Assembly: GCA_963662715.1 (NCBI GenBank) | Contig: OY759724.1 | Span: 1,950,001 to 1,982,000 of the forward strand | Direction of reading: 5' to 3' | Length of the DNA: 32,000 bases | Source of the DNA: Candidatus Omnitrophota bacterium | Lineage (GTDB): Bacteria > Omnitrophota > Gorgyraeia > Zapsychrales > JANLHA01 | Shown: in pieces, positions 8,122 to 16,818 of the stretch | How positions within the stretch are numbered: position 1 is the stretch's first letter | Layout of the letters: every line of letters starts with the position of its first letter | Position numbers and translations under genes: made by a program | Notes under the pieces: model-generated | Told to the model about the DNA's origin: nothing | What the model saw: the letters and a program-made list of their open reading frames with translations, nothing else | Database searches by the model: none

Positions 8122-10452
8122 ATGAAAAACTTTAAAGTCGTTCTCCTGATATTTTTAGTCCTGATTGTCATTGTCGGAGGGGTATTCTTATATAAGCGCA
8201 GTACAACCCCTCCTTTGACCGTGAATGCGATTCTGCCCCAACAGCCGGTGCTGTTTTTTCACGTAAAGAATATTGAGCAGAATCTGAATGAGATGAGCCA
8301 GACCAAGTTTTGGAAAATCATGAGCGGTATTGATTATATTAGAATCATGCGAGAAGGAGGGATGGATGAAAAGCTTATTGAGCGTTATGCGCAGATGAAA
8401 TCCCAGGTGTTTTCGGAAGAATTCAAGCTGTTCATGAACATGTTTTTTGGAAGAGAAATCGCCTGCGCGGTTTATTCTCCGGAAGGCAGCCTTGTGGATT
8501 CGGAGAACATGCTGAACGTTGTTTCCAAAATGTATATCGTGACGCGTTTGAAACCCAAAGTGAAATTCGCGGAGAAGTTTTCCGGGTTGCTCGAAAAGGT
8601 TGACCCGAATATCGTTGTGGAAGAAGTTGAACATGAAAAGCATAAATTCTATATGATTTCAACAAAAGGTATGCCGTTTAAAATTTGTTATACGAGAATT
8701 CAGGATTTCCTTATTATCGGTCTAAGTGAAGAAGTGGCACGCAAGACGATTGAGATTTATAAAGAGAAAATCCCGGCATTAAAAGAGGACAGCCTTTATC
8801 AGCAGGTGAATTCCGGGGCGACACCGCAAGCGGACCTTCTGGCTTATATGAATTATGCCAGGCTGGTTGGAGATTTAAAGAAACAGATTATGGGGTGGCT
8901 GGGCGCGCCCGAGGATGTTCATGATGTTTTGAGACAGCAAATTGATGAAACCTTCAAACAGTCCTCAGGCTTTCAGACCGTCAGCTTTTCCGCGCTTCTG
9001 AACCCCGAGTTAAAGCTGAAATTAAATGTTTATTACAACCCGGCCGAACTGGCCCCGGAAATCAAACCCCTTTATGAATGTCAGGCGCAGGATAACGGTA
9101 CGCTTCAATTTGTGCCGCAGGAGGTTCTCGGGTATCAGTGGAGCCCTTGCTACGATCTTGACGCTTATTGGAGGCAGTCGCAGGATGATTTGCAGCGTGC
9201 GTTATTATCCAAAGGCGTGGATGTTGTAAGTTCAGAAGAGGTTGTCGCCGGCTTGGAACAGAACCTCGGGCTCAGTATCGAACAGGACATCCTTCCGGCT
9301 TTGGGCCGTGAATTCGGCTGGTACTGGAAAGACGTTAAGGTCGGGAGTGTTATCCCTGTGCCGCAGGTTGTGGTCTTCCTTAAAACCAGGAATCAGAGCA
9401 AGGTCGATCAAATCCTGAGGGACCTCATAGGGAAACAGCCTTTGCTGCGGGCCGACACAGAGGAATATGAAGGTGAAAATATCCGCTATTTTAATGTCCC
9501 GATGATTGAAGGGCTGGAACCGGCATACTCTTTTATCGACGGCTATTTGCTTATCGCTTCCAGCCGCGAGTCCATAAAAGAAGCTTTTGAAACAAGGAGC
9601 GGGAAAAACCCTTCTATTATCAGCCAGGCCGATTTTCGGAAGGAAGATTACGGATTAACTCAAAAGAATAATGCCATAATCTTTTTGAATTTTACGGGTA
9701 TTGCGAAAAAGGCCTCGGATCTTTTAGCCTGGAGCCAGGGCTGGGTCGATCAGCAAATGGCCAAGCACCAGGCTTTTAGAGACGGCACGGAAAGAAGAAT
9801 GAAGGACGTTATCGATAATATCATCGCGGATAAAGACCTTATTGCCACATTAGAGTCCGAAATAGAAAGTTTAAAGGATCAAAAGGATTCTATCAAAGAG
9901 CAGCCGGAAGAATTGGCCAAAGTTGAAAATGAAATCGGACGTATTGAGAAATTTATGAATGTCTTAGAAAAAAGTTTGGAGCCTGATTTGAAGGAAGAGG
10001 CCGAATTGAAGTCCGTTCAGAATGACGAAAATTTCAAATTGCCGCCGGCGGGGGTGGCGCGCCTGAAATTCCTTAAGGACAGTATTGAAAAGAAACAAAT
10101 GAAGCTGCAGTCCTTGAAAGATGAAATGAAAATGTATGCCGACCAGAGGCATGAACTGACCTCCATTGACGAGAAAAAAGCCCAGGTTGAGAAAACGATT
10201 GCGGAAAAGGCCAGAGAAATAGAAGAATTGAAGGTCCGGATTGAATCCTCCGTGGACACGCAATCCGAGCTGGAAGAAGTGATTAAGGAGCTTGATTCCC
10301 GGAGGACATTGACCCCGGAACAGCGGACAGATATCGTTGAGATGTTTGTTAAGCCTGTCATCGAGGCCGTGTCCCAGTTGACTTCATTTGCTGCGAAAGC
10401 CTTGCTGGGGTCAGGTATGATTGAAATAGAAGCCTTTATGAGAATTAAATAA
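8122..10452 (+). CDS. Large membrane-anchored protein of unknown function with a C-terminal E/K-rich coiled coil (possibly DUF3352-like)
   Basis: 776 aa. It has an N-terminal TM helix (VVLLIFLVLIVIVGGVFL), a ~540-aa globular part and ~230 aa of heptad-like E/K/L-rich sequence. The SD GAGGAAAGG lies upstream of ATG 8122. Confidence 0.75.
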   Translation: MKNFKVVLLIFLVLIVIVGGVFLYKRSTTPPLTVNAILPQQPVLFFHVKNIEQNLNEMSQTKFWKIMSGIDYIRIMREGGMDEKLIERYAQMKSQVFSEEFKLFMNMFFGREIACAVYSPEGSLVDSENMLNVVSKMYIVTRLKPKVKFAEKFSGLLEKVDPNIVVEEVEHEKHKFYMISTKGMPFKICYTRIQDFLIIGLSEEVARKTIEIYKEKIPALKEDSLYQQVNSGATPQADLLAYMNYARLVGDLKKQIMGWLGAPEDVHDVLRQQIDETFKQSSGFQTVSFSALLNPELKLKLNVYYNPAELAPEIKPLYECQAQDNGTLQFVPQEVLGYQWSPCYDLDAYWRQSQDDLQRALLSKGVDVVSSEEVVAGLEQNLGLSIEQDILPALGREFGWYWKDVKVGSVIPVPQVVVFLKTRNQSKVDQILRDLIGKQPLLRADTEEYEGENIRYFNVPMIEGLEPAYSFIDGYLLIASSRESIKEAFETRSGKNPSIISQADFRKEDYGLTQKNNAIIFLNFTGIAKKASDLLAWSQGWVDQQMAKHQAFRDGTERRMKDVIDNIIADKDLIATLESEIESLKDQKDSIKEQPEELAKVENEIGRIEKFMNVLEKSLEPDLKEEAELKSVQNDENFKLPPAGVARLKFLKDSIEKKQMKLQSLKDEMKMYADQRHELTSIDEKKAQVEKTIAEKAREIEELKVRIESSVDTQSELEEVIKELDSRRTLTPEQRTDIVEMFVKPVIEAVSQLTSFAAKALLGSGMIEIEAFMRIK

Positions 10453-10472
10453 CAAGTTTTTGGGCTTTGCAC

Positions 10473-10853
10473 ATGAATTCATTTGATAAAGGGGTGGCAA
10501 CCCTTGAACAGATAGACAAAACAGCCTGCGCGCGCATCAGCAAAATGTTTGAGGACATTGCGCCGGACATGGCTCGCTGGATCATAGAATTCCCTTACGG
10601 TGAGATTTACTCCCGTCCCGGCTTATCTCTAAAAGTCAGAGAACTTTTAACCATCGCTTCGTTAACGACATCAGGGACAGCTCCCAGACAATTGGAGGTC
10701 CATATCCAGAATGCTCTTAATGTCGGGTGTTCCCCCCAGGATATTGTTGAAACCATTATGCAGATGGCTGTCTACGCCGGATTCCCCAAAGCTTTAAACG
10801 CCCTTTTTTCTGCAAAGGAAATTTTTTCTAAGAATAATCTTAATAAAGAATAA
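10473..10853 (+). CDS. Carboxymuconolactone decarboxylase (CMD/PcaC-like) family protein
   Basis: RELLTIASLTTSGTAPRQLEVHIQNALNVGCSPQDIVETIMQMAVYAGFPKALNA matches the CMD-family helical core. I use ATG 10473, two codons inside the TTG start given in the track. Confidence 0.85.
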   Translation: MNSFDKGVATLEQIDKTACARISKMFEDIAPDMARWIIEFPYGEIYSRPGLSLKVRELLTIASLTTSGTAPRQLEVHIQNALNVGCSPQDIVETIMQMAVYAGFPKALNALFSAKEIFSKNNLNKE

Positions 10854-10854
10854 T

Positions 10855-10879
10855 TTGATTTCATGACAGATGAAATCAA
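10855..10879 (+). other. Perfect 10-bp AT-rich hairpin/palindrome just after the CMD stop codon
   Basis: TTGATTTCAT (10855-10864), loop GACAG, then ATGAAATCAA (10870-10879). Only a weak T-tract follows, so this is either a weak terminator or a protein-binding palindrome. Confidence 0.3.
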
Positions 10880-10931
10880 GCCGGTTTGATTCAACATGTG
10901 GGATTTGTAAATCAGAAGATTTTGAGGGCCT

Positions 10932-11255
10932 ATGCTGTTAACCTACGGACAAGGGGAATATTTTGAGCAAGACAAGCATTTTTCCGGCCGTATTATCCTG
11001 AGTGAGCATAAATTGTATCTGACGGATTCACAAGGAGAATTATCCGCCACCTTTATCCCTTTGGAAAAAATAGCCGGAGTGAAGATAACCCGTTCCGGTG
11101 TCGAGATTTTTGTCCGTCCGTCTATCCTGGAGCGCTATCAGGTATTACTGAAAGGGGATCGCCGGACATTGACAGACCTGGCAAAGGAGATCGCGGAACG
11201 GAGAGGCATGAAAAAAAAGTTTTTAACTCGTGAATGGAATGACCCTGCTTTATGA
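10932..11255 (+). CDS. Hypothetical small cytoplasmic protein (weakly PH/GRAM-like pattern)
   Basis: 107-aa ORF with coding-like composition. I recognised no motif with confidence. Its stop is embedded in an ATGA overlap with the next ORF. Confidence 0.6.
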   Translation: MLLTYGQGEYFEQDKHFSGRIILSEHKLYLTDSQGELSATFIPLEKIAGVKITRSGVEIFVRPSILERYQVLLKGDRRTLTDLAKEIAERRGMKKKFLTREWNDPAL

Positions 11256-11410
11256 ATGGTTCACGTTATGGCCAATACGGGCTTGTTTTACTGTCTATGG
11301 TGTGCTTGCTGTTTTCCGGCTGCGCTCTTCTTCAGATACCCTTTCAGCTTGTCTCTGCGGCTTTGAAAATCGCCAGTCAATTGCCCATGCCGCCGCCCGG
11401 TGTGTTTTAG
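11252..11410 (+). CDS. Small putative lipoprotein (52 aa), not in the supplied ORF track
   Basis: My own translation: MNGSRYGQYGLVLLSMVCLLFSGCALLQIPFQLVSAALKIASQLPMPPPGVF. It has a signal-peptide h-region followed by the lipobox LFSGC. The ATG (11252-11254) overlaps the TGA (11253-11255) of the upstream ORF. The stop is TAG at 11408-11410. Confidence 0.45.
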   Translation: MNGSRYGQYGLVLLSMVCLLFSGCALLQIPFQLVSAALKIASQLPMPPPGVF

Positions 11411-11455
11411 CAGATATTTTTTGGCCGTATAACAGGTCTGAACGGGGAGGTTTTT

Positions 11456-12145
11456 ATGCCGTTTAAACTGAAAGTTTTTCGAACAGCAGTGTTGTGGACT
11501 GTTTTTTTCTTCCTCGGGATAGGGGCTTGGGGAGCCTATAAGCTGTATTCCCAGTATATTCTTAAGAATGAAATCCTTAATCAAATCATCGATCGTCTGG
11601 AATCAGAGTCCCGGATCGCCGAAGTCCTGGTGACGGATGTTGTTTTTAACCCCCTGACACAGAAACATATGACAACGATAAAATTTCTGGAATACAACAG
11701 TCTTCATCAGCCGATGAAGCCCCGGTACTTCACGTTCAGCCATAATATTATCCAGTTTCAGTCTTTGGTGATCCGTTTTGACGACATTTATATTGAGCAG
11801 GGGGACCCTTTAAAAGGCAAGAGCGTTTATTTGTTCTGGAAAGCCTTTGTCCTGGACGGGAAAAATACGGAAGAGTTTGTTATTACCCCGGTACATGAAA
11901 TTCCTGAAGGTTATAAGGTTGCCGGCGGGGGCGGGGAATTTGAACGGAGGCTGTGGAGCAAATTCTGGGACTTTGCCCTGGACTCTGATAAGGCCATTAG
12001 CAAAGGGATCAAGAATGCCCAGATAGAAGCTCCGGGAACCAAGTTTGTCCCCGGCATCCTTTATACTTTAAAAATTGAACATGACGGGGGCATCAGAATT
12101 GATTCGCAAAATATCCCGGAGGTTTTAAAGGGGGAAAATTTATAG
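11456..12145 (+). CDS. Membrane-anchored protein of unknown function
   Basis: 229 aa. It has an N-terminal TM helix (AVLWTVFFFLGIGAWGAY) and a soluble domain with no motif I recognise. A strong SD GGGGAGG lies 6 nt upstream of ATG 11456. Confidence 0.7.
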   Translation: MPFKLKVFRTAVLWTVFFFLGIGAWGAYKLYSQYILKNEILNQIIDRLESESRIAEVLVTDVVFNPLTQKHMTTIKFLEYNSLHQPMKPRYFTFSHNIIQFQSLVIRFDDIYIEQGDPLKGKSVYLFWKAFVLDGKNTEEFVITPVHEIPEGYKVAGGGGEFERRLWSKFWDFALDSDKAISKGIKNAQIEAPGTKFVPGILYTLKIEHDGGIRIDSQNIPEVLKGENL

Positions 12146-12212
12146 GGACGGCCCTTTCCGGTCCCGTAGCCCTGTTGTGTCCTGCGAAACGAATTTAGGA
12201 GTTGATAATATT

Positions 12213-13856
12213 ATGGGTCATTTTTTAAAACGAAAAAATTTTATCAGAATTTTTTTCCTTGCGGCGTTTCTGCTTTATCCCCGGGAAACCCCCGTGGATT
12301 CAGCCGAACAACAGGATTTCTTCCGGAAAGCCGTTGAGGCTTTCAATCATCAGAATTTCGAATCAGCTTACAACTTCTATAAAGTTGTGCTTGAAGAAGA
12401 TCCGGGCAACCTGGAAGCTCAGAGCGGGTTGTTGATTTCAAGAATAAATTTACAGGAGTCGGTTGAAGAAATCCGGATGCAGGACGCCGCGGTTTTAAAA
12501 GAAACCCCCGGGGATTATCTGGCTAATTACCGGTTAGGTCTCCTGTTCGATATCCGGGATATCCCCGATGAAGCTGAAAAATACTATTTGAACGCTTTGG
12601 CCGAAGCTCCGGCCCCGGCAGCGATTTATGTCGCCCTTATTAATCTCAAGTCGGAAAAGCGGCCGGACGATCCCGAGATCAGCCAATATCTGGAAAGCCT
12701 GGCCAACGTTGCCCCCGAGTCTTATCTTCATTACCTTGGCCAGACGAGTTATTATTTAAGGCTGGCGCAGAAGGAGACAGACTACGAGTCTCTCGATTCC
12801 CTGGTGAATCTGGCCGCCCAGACAGCTTTGGAAGCTCAGGCCCATCGGCCCTACTCAATCACACCTTATTATTTTTTGTCTTACTGCAGCCTTATGCTGG
12901 AGGATATGGAGAAGACAAAGGACCTGTTGACGGAAGCGTTGTCTTTAGCTCCTATGGACAGTTTGCTTCATCTTATCCTGGCCACGGTTTATATGCAGGA
13001 GGAAAATTTCGCCGAGGCGCGGATTCATCTGGTGATGGCCAAAAAATCTTTAACCAGACTGGACAGATTATCCGGACATGATAAAACTATTCAGACGCAA
13101 TTGGATATGATCCAGGTTCACAAAAAAATGAAACCTGTTGTGCTGCATGTCGCAAGCTTTGTGATTCTGATCTTTTCCATTATTTTGCATGAATTCATGC
13201 ACGGCTGGGTGGCTTATAAGCGGGGCGATGCCACGGCTAAGATCTTGGGCCGGTTATCGCTTAATCCTCTTGTCCACATTGATCTGTTTGGCTCTATCAT
13301 TCTGCCGGTCATTCTCATCCTCAGCCAGGCGCCTTTTCTGATAGGCTGGGCTAAGCCGGTGCCGGTTAATCCGGCCAATTACAGGAATCCCCGGAAAGAT
13401 GACGCCTTGATTTCTTTGGGAGGGCCCGCAGCGAATATTTTTTTGAGCCTCATATTTGCCGGCTGTTTGTTTTTCCTGGGATACTACCTGAAAATTCATA
13501 ATTATACCTCGTTCGGATTCGGGCTGTTAGGATACCAGACGATTATTGCGGGAACGCAAGGGACGGATTTGGTGTTAACGTATATGGTGAATATTTTCAA
13601 GTACGGCATCATGATCAACTGCGTCTTAGCGGGGCTTAATCTTCTGCCTATCCCTCCTTTGGACGGTTCTCATATTGTAAAGGCGCTGTTGCCTTTCGCC
13701 TGGCTGGATAAATTGTTCGCCTTTTTCAGCTCATCCGGACTTATAATGATAGCGTTTTTGGCTTTCTTCGGTGTGCTGAATTATTTGCTTCTCCCGGCGC
13801 TTATTTTTGCACAGCTTCTTATGAGTTCCGTCGCTTATATTTTCGGACTGGGGTGA
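12213..13856 (+). CDS. Site-2 protease (M50) family zinc metalloprotease fused to an N-terminal signal-anchored TPR domain
   Basis: The membrane half has HEFMHG (HExxH) and NLLPIPPLDGSH. The N-terminal ~300 aa are TPR-like helical repeats after a hydrophobic anchor (IRIFFLAAFLLY). I use ATG 12213 with SD AGGAG at 12197-12201, not GTG 12177. Confidence 0.85.
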   Translation: MGHFLKRKNFIRIFFLAAFLLYPRETPVDSAEQQDFFRKAVEAFNHQNFESAYNFYKVVLEEDPGNLEAQSGLLISRINLQESVEEIRMQDAAVLKETPGDYLANYRLGLLFDIRDIPDEAEKYYLNALAEAPAPAAIYVALINLKSEKRPDDPEISQYLESLANVAPESYLHYLGQTSYYLRLAQKETDYESLDSLVNLAAQTALEAQAHRPYSITPYYFLSYCSLMLEDMEKTKDLLTEALSLAPMDSLLHLILATVYMQEENFAEARIHLVMAKKSLTRLDRLSGHDKTIQTQLDMIQVHKKMKPVVLHVASFVILIFSIILHEFMHGWVAYKRGDATAKILGRLSLNPLVHIDLFGSIILPVILILSQAPFLIGWAKPVPVNPANYRNPRKDDALISLGGPAANIFLSLIFAGCLFFLGYYLKIHNYTSFGFGLLGYQTIIAGTQGTDLVLTYMVNIFKYGIMINCVLAGLNLLPIPPLDGSHIVKALLPFAWLDKLFAFFSSSGLIMIAFLAFFGVLNYLLLPALIFAQLLMSSVAYIFGLG

Positions 13857-13863
13857 GAAAAAC

Positions 13864-14628
13864 ATGAATAAAGGTCATCGATATTACGGCGAATTCCGTT
13901 GGCAGCTTTTCCTGGGCTTGATCCTGCTGAGCTTATCCGCCTTTTTTTATCTGATTCATTACTTTATTTTTCATGACATCCATCATATTCTTATTTATTT
14001 TATCGGAGATATTGCCTTTGTTTTCTGTGAAGTCCTTTTGGTCGCCCTGGTCCTGAACCGATTGTTGGTCTATCAGGAAAGGAGAACGGTTTTAAAGAAA
14101 CTCAACATGATCATAGGGGCCTTTTTTAGTGAAGTGGGCTTCCCGCTTTTAAAACTCCTGGCCGGATTCGACACGCGGATAGCTCAGGTACAGCCGAAGC
14201 TCGTTATCTCGGCCCGGGATACAGAGCAGGATTTTAAGAATATTCAAAAGATTCTGCTGTCCTATCAGCCGGCTGTCGAGATTAAAAAAGGGGATCTTGC
14301 GGAGCTGAAAGAGTTCTTGTCCCGCAGAAGAGATTCCCTCCTGAATCTGTTGCGCAATTCTAATTTGCTTGAGCATGAATCCTTCACGGATACGCTTTGG
14401 GCTATTTTTCATTTAACAGAGGAATTGATGTTCCGGCCCCAGTTAACCGGCCTGCCGGGCCATGATTATGAACATCTCGCGGGGGATGCTGAAAGAGCGT
14501 ATCGTTTGCTTATTGTCGAATGGCTGGCTTATATGAAGCATCTGCGCCGGGAATATTCCTATCTGTTTTCCCTGGCCATACGCACGAATCCGTTTGACCG
14601 GAATGCTTCGGTTGTCATAAACGACTAG
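13864..14628 (+). CDS. Membrane protein of unknown function (N-terminal TM helices plus a helical cytoplasmic domain)
   Basis: 254-aa ORF. It has two or three N-terminal hydrophobic helices and no recognisable catalytic motif. It starts 7 nt after the protease stop. Confidence 0.7.
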   Translation: MNKGHRYYGEFRWQLFLGLILLSLSAFFYLIHYFIFHDIHHILIYFIGDIAFVFCEVLLVALVLNRLLVYQERRTVLKKLNMIIGAFFSEVGFPLLKLLAGFDTRIAQVQPKLVISARDTEQDFKNIQKILLSYQPAVEIKKGDLAELKEFLSRRRDSLLNLLRNSNLLEHESFTDTLWAIFHLTEELMFRPQLTGLPGHDYEHLAGDAERAYRLLIVEWLAYMKHLRREYSYLFSLAIRTNPFDRNASVVIND

Positions 14629-14668
14629 TGCGCGTCTAGGCCGTGTTATTTAAAACAAGGAGAATTTC

Positions 14669-15037
14669 ATGAAGGATAAAAGAAGATGTCATCGTTTAAA
14701 CGTGGAGCTGCCGGTTACGTTTCTTGCTCCCGGCAAAGAACAGGAACTGGTCTTGGCTGCAACCATGGATATCAGCGCGACGGGTATTTGTCTTGTCACC
14801 AAAGAGCCCCTGGATATCGGCCAGGAACTGGTGATCCGGGTGGAGTTGCCGACCGGGGAAAAGCCCCAGATCCATGTGAACGTGATACGTGTTGAGGAGA
14901 TGATTCAGATGGCTGAATTGGGAGGATTCAAGGAATACAAGATCGGTCTTCTTATCACTGGTCCGGTTGAAGCGGATGAGTCGGTTTTTGTTAAGTATTA
15001 TGCTGAGAAACTGAAAGAAGTCTTCAATAAAAGTTGA
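14669..15037 (+). CDS. PilZ-domain protein (predicted c-di-GMP receptor)
   Basis: It has RxxxR (RRCHR, aa 5-9) and DxSxxG (DISATG, aa 34-39) at canonical spacing. SD AAGGAG lies upstream of ATG 14669. Confidence 0.8.
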   Translation: MKDKRRCHRLNVELPVTFLAPGKEQELVLAATMDISATGICLVTKEPLDIGQELVIRVELPTGEKPQIHVNVIRVEEMIQMAELGGFKEYKIGLLITGPVEADESVFVKYYAEKLKEVFNKS

Positions 15038-15040
15038 CAT

Positions 15041-16780
15041 ATGAAAAATCAATCCTTGGCCGATATTTTTAATCGCATGGGCGTTCTCCTGGAAATTCAG
15101 GGGGAGAATGTTTTTAAAGTCAGAGCTTACCATAAAGCCGCGGACAATATTTCACAGTTGGGGGAAGACATCCAGACTTTAAAAGATCAGGGGCGGCTCG
15201 GTGATATCCCCGGTATTGGCAAGGCTTTGCAGGATAAAATTTCAGAATATCTCGATACCGGAGGAATTTCCGCTTATGAAAGGATTCTTGACGCGGTCCC
15301 GGAGACTCTTCTGGATGTCGTCCATGTCCCGTCAGTCGGGCCGAAAAAGGCCAAGCTGTTTTTTGACCGGCTTCATATTCAGGACATTGCCGGCCTTGAA
15401 TCTGCGGCGAGATCCGGGGCGATGCTGGGGCTCCCGGGCATTAAGGACAAGACTGTCAATAATATTTTAGAAGGAATCCGGATTTTCCGGGCCGCACAGT
15501 CACGCATGACTTTGGATGAGGCCTTCATCGTCGCTTTGTATTTTGTTGATCAGTTGAAGACATTGCCGCAGGTATCGCGTGCCGAGATCGCGGGGAGTTT
15601 AAGGCGCCGGAAAGAAAGCATCCGCGATATTGATATCCTTGCGGAATCGCGGGAGGCGGACAGAGTCATGGATGTTTTCGTCGGGCTGCCGGCGGTGGAG
15701 TCTGTGCAGGCCCGGGGCGAGACAAAATCCTCTGTGCTGGCCCGTGATCATATCCAGGTCGACCTGCGCGTCGTTGATTCGGACTGTTTCGGGGCGGCTT
15801 TGCTGTATTTGACCGGTTCGAAAAATTTTAATATCGCCTTGCGGCAAATAGCTATAAAACAGAAAAAGAAGATCAGCGAATACGGCGTTTTTTCTGCGCA
15901 AGGCCCGGTTGAGAAAAAAATAGCCGGAACAACGGAAGAAGAGTGTTTTGCCGCTTTGGGCCTTCCGTATGTCCCCCCGGAACTCCGGGAAGATATCGGT
16001 TTGGACCATATTCTTAAGGGGGCGGAGAATCCCGCCGGCCTGCAGCTTCCTGATTTGATTCAGCTGAAAGACATTAAAGGCGATCTGCACGTGCATTCCT
16101 TGTGGTCGGACGGACGTTGCTCGATCCGGGATTTGGCCCAGGCGGCGGTCGCGAAAGGATATGAATATATCGGAATCAGTGATCATTCCGTAAGTTTAAA
16201 GGTTGCCGGCGGGCTGGGGCGGGAGGACTTAAAAAAGAAAAAACTGGAAATCGATGCCCTGAATAAGGAGTTCAAGAACCTCCGTATCTTATTCGGGACG
16301 GAAGTGGAAATCGATGCGGACGGGAACATTGATTATCCCGATGAGATATTAAGTCAGTTCGATATTGTCATCGCTGCCATTCATAACGGTTTTGAGCAAG
16401 GCCGGGTTCAATTGACGCAGCGGATCATTAAAGCCTGTCACAATGACCATGTTCACGTGATCGCGCACCCTACCGGATTTCACAAGGGCAAGAGAGAGGC
16501 TTACGATATTGATTTTGAAGCTGTTTGTGATGCGGCCGTCAGCAGCCGAACGTGTCTGGAAATCAACGCCTTCCCGGTAAGGCTGGATTTAAACGCGGTC
16601 AATGTCCATTTCGCCCGCGGGAAAGGCGTGTCTTTCGTCATCAACACCGATGCTCATGATATCGGTCATTTGGATTATATGAAATACGGTCTTGCCGTAG
16701 CCAGGAGAGGGTGGTTGACAAAACAGCAGGTTCTTAATACACTGTCTTTAAAAGATTTGCTCAAAGTTCTGCATAAATAA
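15041..16780 (+). CDS. polX: Family X DNA polymerase with C-terminal PHP phosphoesterase domain
   Basis: It has N-terminal HhH motifs (GIGKALQDKI), the Pol-beta-like catalytic region GSLRRRKESIRDIDILA, and PHP motifs DLHVHSLWSDG and NTDAHD. The ATG lies 3 nt after the PilZ stop. Confidence 0.9.
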   Translation: MKNQSLADIFNRMGVLLEIQGENVFKVRAYHKAADNISQLGEDIQTLKDQGRLGDIPGIGKALQDKISEYLDTGGISAYERILDAVPETLLDVVHVPSVGPKKAKLFFDRLHIQDIAGLESAARSGAMLGLPGIKDKTVNNILEGIRIFRAAQSRMTLDEAFIVALYFVDQLKTLPQVSRAEIAGSLRRRKESIRDIDILAESREADRVMDVFVGLPAVESVQARGETKSSVLARDHIQVDLRVVDSDCFGAALLYLTGSKNFNIALRQIAIKQKKKISEYGVFSAQGPVEKKIAGTTEEECFAALGLPYVPPELREDIGLDHILKGAENPAGLQLPDLIQLKDIKGDLHVHSLWSDGRCSIRDLAQAAVAKGYEYIGISDHSVSLKVAGGLGREDLKKKKLEIDALNKEFKNLRILFGTEVEIDADGNIDYPDEILSQFDIVIAAIHNGFEQGRVQLTQRIIKACHNDHVHVIAHPTGFHKGKREAYDIDFEAVCDAAVSSRTCLEINAFPVRLDLNAVNVHFARGKGVSFVINTDAHDIGHLDYMKYGLAVARRGWLTKQQVLNTLSLKDLLKVLHK

Positions 16781-16818
16781 TTGCGGGCGTATTTTTTTCA
16801 GCTTTCATGTGCTAATTT

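Noticed and set aside
9964-10472. Two antisense ORFs (99 and 151 aa) at the 3' end of the 776-aa gene
   Set aside because: The sense strand here is a run of GAA/AAG-rich coiled-coil codons. The complement of such a run (TTC/CTT) naturally lacks stop codons, and the products are low-complexity Ser/Phe-rich.
11230-11584. Track ORFs 11230..11466 (+, 78 aa) and 11288..11584 (-, 98 aa)
   Set aside because: They have a GTG start buried in the preceding gene and poor composition. The - ORF would overlap the well-supported 11456 gene with its SD. The 52-aa lipoprotein frame explains the region better, though none of these is proven.
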